Origin: a virus
Taxonomy: Duplodnaviria > Heunggongvirae > Uroviricota > Caudoviricetes
IMG/VR virus record: IMGVR_UViG_2537562195_000009
Length of the DNA: 42,015 nucleotides
Direction: 5' to 3' (one strand)
Below are positions 38,172 through 42,015 of the stretch, one piece after another; within the stretch, counting starts at the first letter, position 1, and each line of letters starts with the position of its first letter. Both the position numbers and the translations under genes were made by a program. The notes under the pieces were generated by a model. The model had not been told where the DNA came from and ran no database searches. It saw only the letters and a list, made by a program, of their open reading frames with translations.

Positions 38172-38527
38172 TTAATACCCCACAGCCATCCAGTAAATTG
38201 AATTTGTTGTAGCAGAAGTGTAAGTAAATCTGATTTTAGTTCTGTTGGTACTTCCAATATCAAAGCCCACAGAACGGGCAGAAGGATCATTAGTTGAAAT
38301 AAGAGCGTTTACCGAACGACAAGCAGCAGGGAAAGCTACAGGTAATGTTATATCAACTGTTCCAACACTTCCTCCGGTTGGTGAGACAGAAAAACTCCCC
38401 CATTGAATAATCATCCCCCCAGGTAATTTCTGGTATCCATTGGCGGTCAATGAGTTACCAAAGCTGTTCATATCCGGTACCTGATTTTCTCCTGTCCCCA
38501 CATTCCTCTTTGCCGCTTCTCCCAAAC
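38172..38527 (-). CDS. alternative tail fibre C-terminal cassette, expressed only after inversion
   Basis: Minus-strand ORF whose 5' end contains the inverted crossover core (…NVGLGEAAKR…) in frame with the constant fibre N-terminus. Confidence 0.7.
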
Positions 38528-38539
38528 CAACGTTTATGA
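38516..38539. repeat. invertase crossover site, right (inverted copy)
   Basis: Reverse complement TCATAAACGTTGGTTTGGGAGAAG matches the left site at about 21 of 24 positions. Confidence 0.75.
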
Positions 38540-38596
38540 AAATGCAGAAATAACGAGCAAATGGCATCATTCCTGCTTTTGTCAGGGAGATCTACC

Positions 38597-39151
38597 ATGC
38601 TTATTGGCTATGTACGTGTGTCAACAAATGACCAGAACACAGATCTACAACGTAATGCGCTGAACTGTGCAGGATGCGAGCTGATTTTTGAAGACAAGAT
38701 AAGCGGTACAAAGTCCGAAAGGCCGGGACTGAAAAAACTGCTCAGGACATTATCGGCAGGTGATACGCTGGTGGTCTGGAAACTGGACCGACTGGGGCGC
38801 AGTATGCGGCATCTTGTCGTGCTGGTGGAGGAGTTGCGCGAACGAGGCATCAACTTTCGTAGTCTGACGGATTCAATTGATACCAGTACCCCAATGGGGC
38901 GCTTTTTCTTTCATGTGATGGGTGCCCTGGCTGAAATGGAGCGTGAACTGATTGTTGAAAGAACAAAAGCTGGACTGGAAGCTGCTCGCGCACAGGGACG
39001 AATTGGTGGACGTCGTCCCAAACTTACACCAGAACAATGGGAACAGGCCGGACGATTAATTGCATCAGGAGTTCCTCGCCAGAAGGTGGCGATTATCTAT
39101 GATGTTGGTGTGTCAACTTTGTATAAGAGGTTTCCTGCAGGGGATAAATAA
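38597..39151 (+). CDS. pin: serine DNA invertase (Pin/Gin/Hin family)
   Basis: Start at internal ATG (MLIGYVRVSTNDQNTDLQ); resolvase catalytic N-terminus plus C-terminal HTH; adjacent to invertible fibre segment. Confidence 0.9.
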   Translation: MLIGYVRVSTNDQNTDLQRNALNCAGCELIFEDKISGTKSERPGLKKLLRTLSAGDTLVVWKLDRLGRSMRHLVVLVEELRERGINFRSLTDSIDTSTPMGRFFFHVMGALAEMERELIVERTKAGLEAARAQGRIGGRRPKLTPEQWEQAGRLIASGVPRQKVAIIYDVGVSTLYKRFPAGDK

Positions 39152-39257
39152 AGTTAAAGACACTTTGTGTACAAAAGAAAGTAAAACAACAGCAACTTGT
39201 TGCAATTTTATCAATAAAAGTAGTATTGTCGTGAAAAATTGATTAAAGATTAATATT

Positions 39258-40091
39258 ATGCATGTTTTTGATAATAATGGAATTGAACTGAAAGCTGAGT
39301 GTTCGATAGGTGAAGAGGATGGTGTTTATGGTCTAATCCTTGAGTCGTGGGGGCCGGGTGACAGAAACAAAGATTACAATATCGCTCTTGATTATATCAT
39401 TGAACGGTTGGTTGATTCTGGTGTATCCCAAGTCGTAGTATATCTGGCGTCATCATCAGTCAGAAAACATATGCATTCTTTGGATGAAAGAAAAATCCAT
39501 CCTGGTGAATATTTTACTTTGATTGGTAATAGCCCCCGCGATATACGCTTGAAGATGTGTGGTTATCAGGCTTATTTTAGTCGTACGGGGAGAAAGGAAA
39601 TTCCTTCCGGCAATAGAACGAAACGAATATTGATAAATGTTCCAGGTATTTATAGTGACAGTTTTTGGGCGTCTATAATACGTGGAGAACTATCAGAGCT
39701 TTCACAGCCTACAGATGATGAATCGCTTCTGAATATGAGGGTTAGTAAATTAATTAAGAAAACGTTGAGTCAACCCGAGGGCTCTAGGAAACCAGTTGAG
39801 GTAGAAAGACTACAAAAAGTTTATGTCCGAGACCCGATGGTAAAAGCTTGGATTTTACAGCAAAGTAAAGGTATATGTGAAAACTGTGGTAAAAATGCTC
39901 CGTTTTATTTAAATGATGGAAACCCATATTTGGAAGTGCATCATGTAATTCCCCTGTCTTCAGGTGGTGCTGATACAACAGATAACTGTGTTGCCCTTTG
40001 TCCGAATTGCCATAGAGAATTGCACTATAGTAAAAATGCAAAAGAACTAATCGAGATGCTTTACGTTAATATAAACCGATTACAGAAATAA
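39258..40091 (+). CDS. mcrA: McrA-like HNH nuclease (Type IV modification-dependent restriction)
   Basis: 277 aa, low GC; C-terminal HNH motif (CENCG…EVHHVIPLSSGG…NCVALCPNCH); pin-mcrA-icd-fragment order matches the e14 right end as recalled. Confidence 0.7.
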   Translation: MHVFDNNGIELKAECSIGEEDGVYGLILESWGPGDRNKDYNIALDYIIERLVDSGVSQVVVYLASSSVRKHMHSLDERKIHPGEYFTLIGNSPRDIRLKMCGYQAYFSRTGRKEIPSGNRTKRILINVPGIYSDSFWASIIRGELSELSQPTDDESLLNMRVSKLIKKTLSQPEGSRKPVEVERLQKVYVRDPMVKAWILQQSKGICENCGKNAPFYLNDGNPYLEVHHVIPLSSGGADTTDNCVALCPNCHRELHYSKNAKELIEMLYVNINRLQK

Positions 40092-40324
40092 AATTATTTA
40101 TTAAAGTCACATTTAAGACGTAATACCCTACAGGGTAAAATTTTTCTCTGATCTTAACTTCTGCAAATGTTAACTGCTATTTTTATGCTAAAAATGGTTA
40201 TCAAAACTCAAAAACACATGTTTATAATCAATGAGTTATAGAAATGCTAAGGGCTAATGAGTTATATGCAAATTAGTAAAATTATGTTGCTATGTCAAAT
40301 AGTTACGATTTAGTCATCTAACTA

Positions 40325-40489
40325 ATGTTACGCCATATGGGCTGGACTGAAGCCGCAGACCTGATTGTTAAAGGTATGGAAGGCGCAATCAATGCGAAGA
40401 CCGTAACCTATGACTTCGAGCGTCTGATGGAAGGCGCTAAACTGCTGAAATGTTCAGAATTTGGTGATGCGATCATCAAGAACATGTAA
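40325..40489 (+). pseudogene. icdC: isocitrate dehydrogenase 3' fragment (icdC-like), prophage right attachment junction
   Basis: Translates as [54 protein letters not shown], matching the recalled Icd C-terminus; an in-frame stop lies immediately upstream, so no icd body. Confidence 0.8.
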
Positions 40490-40511
40490 TCACTACATGT
40501 GTTTAATATTG

Positions 40512-40544
40512 CAACGGGCGTATAACACGCCCGTTGTTTTATTT
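40512..40544 (+). terminator. rho-independent terminator after the icd fragment
   Basis: CAACGGGCG-tataaca-CGCCCGTTG stem then TTTTATTT. Confidence 0.8.
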
Positions 40545-40591
40545 ATGTAGGTATTATTAATAGCATATCGAGCATATTTATATAAAACCCT

Positions 40592-40915
40592 TTACTTGAG
40601 CCCATATGGGCATATTTTTATAATGCAACTATTATGCAAACATTTATTTGTTATTTTGCTTTCTCCTGGAGGACACTCTTGACTGCTTTTGAGTAGACTC
40701 CATAAATCCTTGTTGAATGGTGCGATGTTATAAATAGTAATAGGATATTCTTTATCTTTAAGGATAATTCCAGATTTAACCGGTGTAAATATACTGCCAG
40801 GAGGGAGAAATATAGTAGATTGATACCAGATGATCATTTTCATATTACCCCATATGGCTGAAAAAGATATGCCGCATGAAGGTTGAATTATCGTGTCAAT
40901 TACTATCCACTTCAT
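40592..40915 (-). CDS. iraM: IraM-like anti-adaptor protein (host gene)
   Basis: 107-aa AT-rich ORF matching recalled IraM (MKWIVIDT…ICPYGLK); downstream of icdC as in E. coli K-12. Confidence 0.6.
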   Translation of the reverse strand: MKWIVIDTIIQPSCGISFSAIWGNMKMIIWYQSTIFLPPGSIFTPVKSGIILKDKEYPITIYNIAPFNKDLWSLLKSSQECPPGESKITNKCLHNSCIIKICPYGLK

Positions 40916-41372
40916 TTGTTATGTCTTATCCCACGGTATTTAATATAGTTCATTTGGATGTTCATTTCTTTATTTTGCATATGAGTATATTACCCCTTCA
41001 AAAAATAAATTAATTAAAACGATTGCTTATATAAAACAAAATTTAAAGCAAGGAATCTCAATGGATGTTAAACAAAATGAGATTTAGTGAAAACAATAAA
41101 TTATTCACTTCGTTTTAGATTTGTTTAGCTATAATGTTATACATTCAAATGACTGAACATCCTGTAATTAAAACATAGCCTTTATGCTACTTTGTGCCAA
41201 TTTGCTAAACATTATGGTTGCCTTTTTATATAACGATAATAATGAATATAAGCATGACATGAGAATAAGGTTTCAATTTTTGAGTTATATAGGAAAGGTT
41301 TAACCTGTTCCTGGCTAAAATACATATAACTGGATGATGACTAAACCAAAACACATGTGCGTTAAGTATTGA

Positions 41373-41401
41373 AACGGGCGTATGGCACACCCGTTGTTTT
41401 T
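41373..41401 (+). terminator. second, diverged copy of the icd-type terminator hairpin
   Basis: AACGGG…CCCGTT stem plus TTTTT; the surrounding 45 bp are about 85% identical to 40495..40544. Confidence 0.45.
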
Positions 41402-41610
41402 ATAAATATATTAACCGTTATAAAATAACGTATAGAAAGTCAAGTGATCACATTTCAAATATCAATTTGATAGTATTGGCATGGTGATTATTTATGGGTA
41501 GCAATAAAAGGACAGTATTTATCATCCATAGGGATAGTCTCTGTACTTTTATTCCCATTATGCTAATGCCTTACTGAATTATGAAGCATTTCTTAAGCAT
41601 CCAACTTTAG

Positions 41611-42015
41611 CTAGATTAATGGTTTATTATTTTCTACATCTTCAATATATAAAAGCGTATTATCAATGGCGTAGTAACTGCGTTTGTTATGATTAACATC
41701 AGTAACCCACCGGAAAACGCCCGCGCCTGCTAGTGTTGAACAGTATTCCCGAAATGTAGATTTTCCGCAAATATGAAGCAATGCGGCCTCTTTTATTTTA
41801 GCAGGGTTCTTGGTCGTACTAACTTTTAACAGGTTCCTGGTTCCTCTTAATAACAAAACCGTGTCATCGTGAGTAATAATTCTGATGTTATCCGTAGCCA
41901 GATAATAAATGTAATGTGCAATACGGTGATGTTTTAATTCTGAATAAAACCAGGAGAAGTTTTGCTCTTTTCTCACTTGCTCAAACATCTTTTGAAAAAC
42001 AACGACCTGATCCAT
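41611..42015 (-). CDS. ycgX: YcgX-like host protein (DUF1398-type)
   Basis: 134-aa ORF whose start codon is at the window edge; gene order icdC-iraM-ycgX as recalled for K-12. Confidence 0.5.
   Translation of the reverse strand: MDQVVVFQKMFEQVRKEQNFSWFYSELKHHRIAHYIYYLATDNIRIITHDDTVLLLRGTRNLLKVSTTKNPAKIKEAALLHICGKSTFREYCSTLAGAGVFRWVTDVNHNKRSYYAIDNTLLYIEDVENNKPLI

Noticed and set aside
38528-38570. N-terminal part of track ORF 38172..38570 (MMPFARYFCIFINVGLGE)
   Set aside because: It lies outside the invertible segment beyond the crossover site, so it is read-through of the gap rather than part of an expressed protein.
40217-40229. Third partial occurrence of the aaaacacatgt motif between mcrA and icdC
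   Set aside because: Only about 12 bp match, which is too short to distinguish from chance in AT-rich DNA.

Overview
The window is almost entirely one large mosaic prophage of the e14 type, reading left to right from its integrase to its right junction. The right junction is at a displaced isocitrate dehydrogenase 3' fragment (icdC-like, 40325..40489), followed by host genes resembling iraM and ycgX. The prophage has lambda-like int/xis, a leftward early operon with CPS-53-like genes (HD phosphohydrolase, YfdQ-like, YfdP-like) and a ClpX zinc-finger-like mini-protein, then a cI/cro immunity switch with repeated operators. Rightward early genes include an O-like initiator with internal iterons, a Dam-type methyltransferase, a LexA DNA-binding-domain-only protein, RusA, KilA-N and a Q-like antiterminator. 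These are followed by a lambda-type lysis cassette (holin, R endolysin, Rz/Rz1), an HK97-like head module (HNH, TerS, TerL, portal, protease, capsid), a Mu-like contractile tail and baseplate with a -1 frameshift in the tail chaperone, a Pin-controlled invertible tail-fibre cassette, and McrA. An IS66-family element (11428..14125, 8-bp target duplication CTTTGTGT) splits a DUF968 gene just upstream of Q, and its own transposase is frameshifted. The most unusual feature is an AT-rich three-gene operon (14643..17043, minus strand) between Q and the holin, antisense to late transcription. It encodes two proteins with no motifs I can recognise plus an MBL-fold metallo-hydrolase with nuclease-type motifs, and I propose it as a candidate uncharacterised defence or accessory system. 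No rRNA, tRNA or CRISPR array was found. All calls rest on reading the ORF translations and the DNA by eye; no searches were run.
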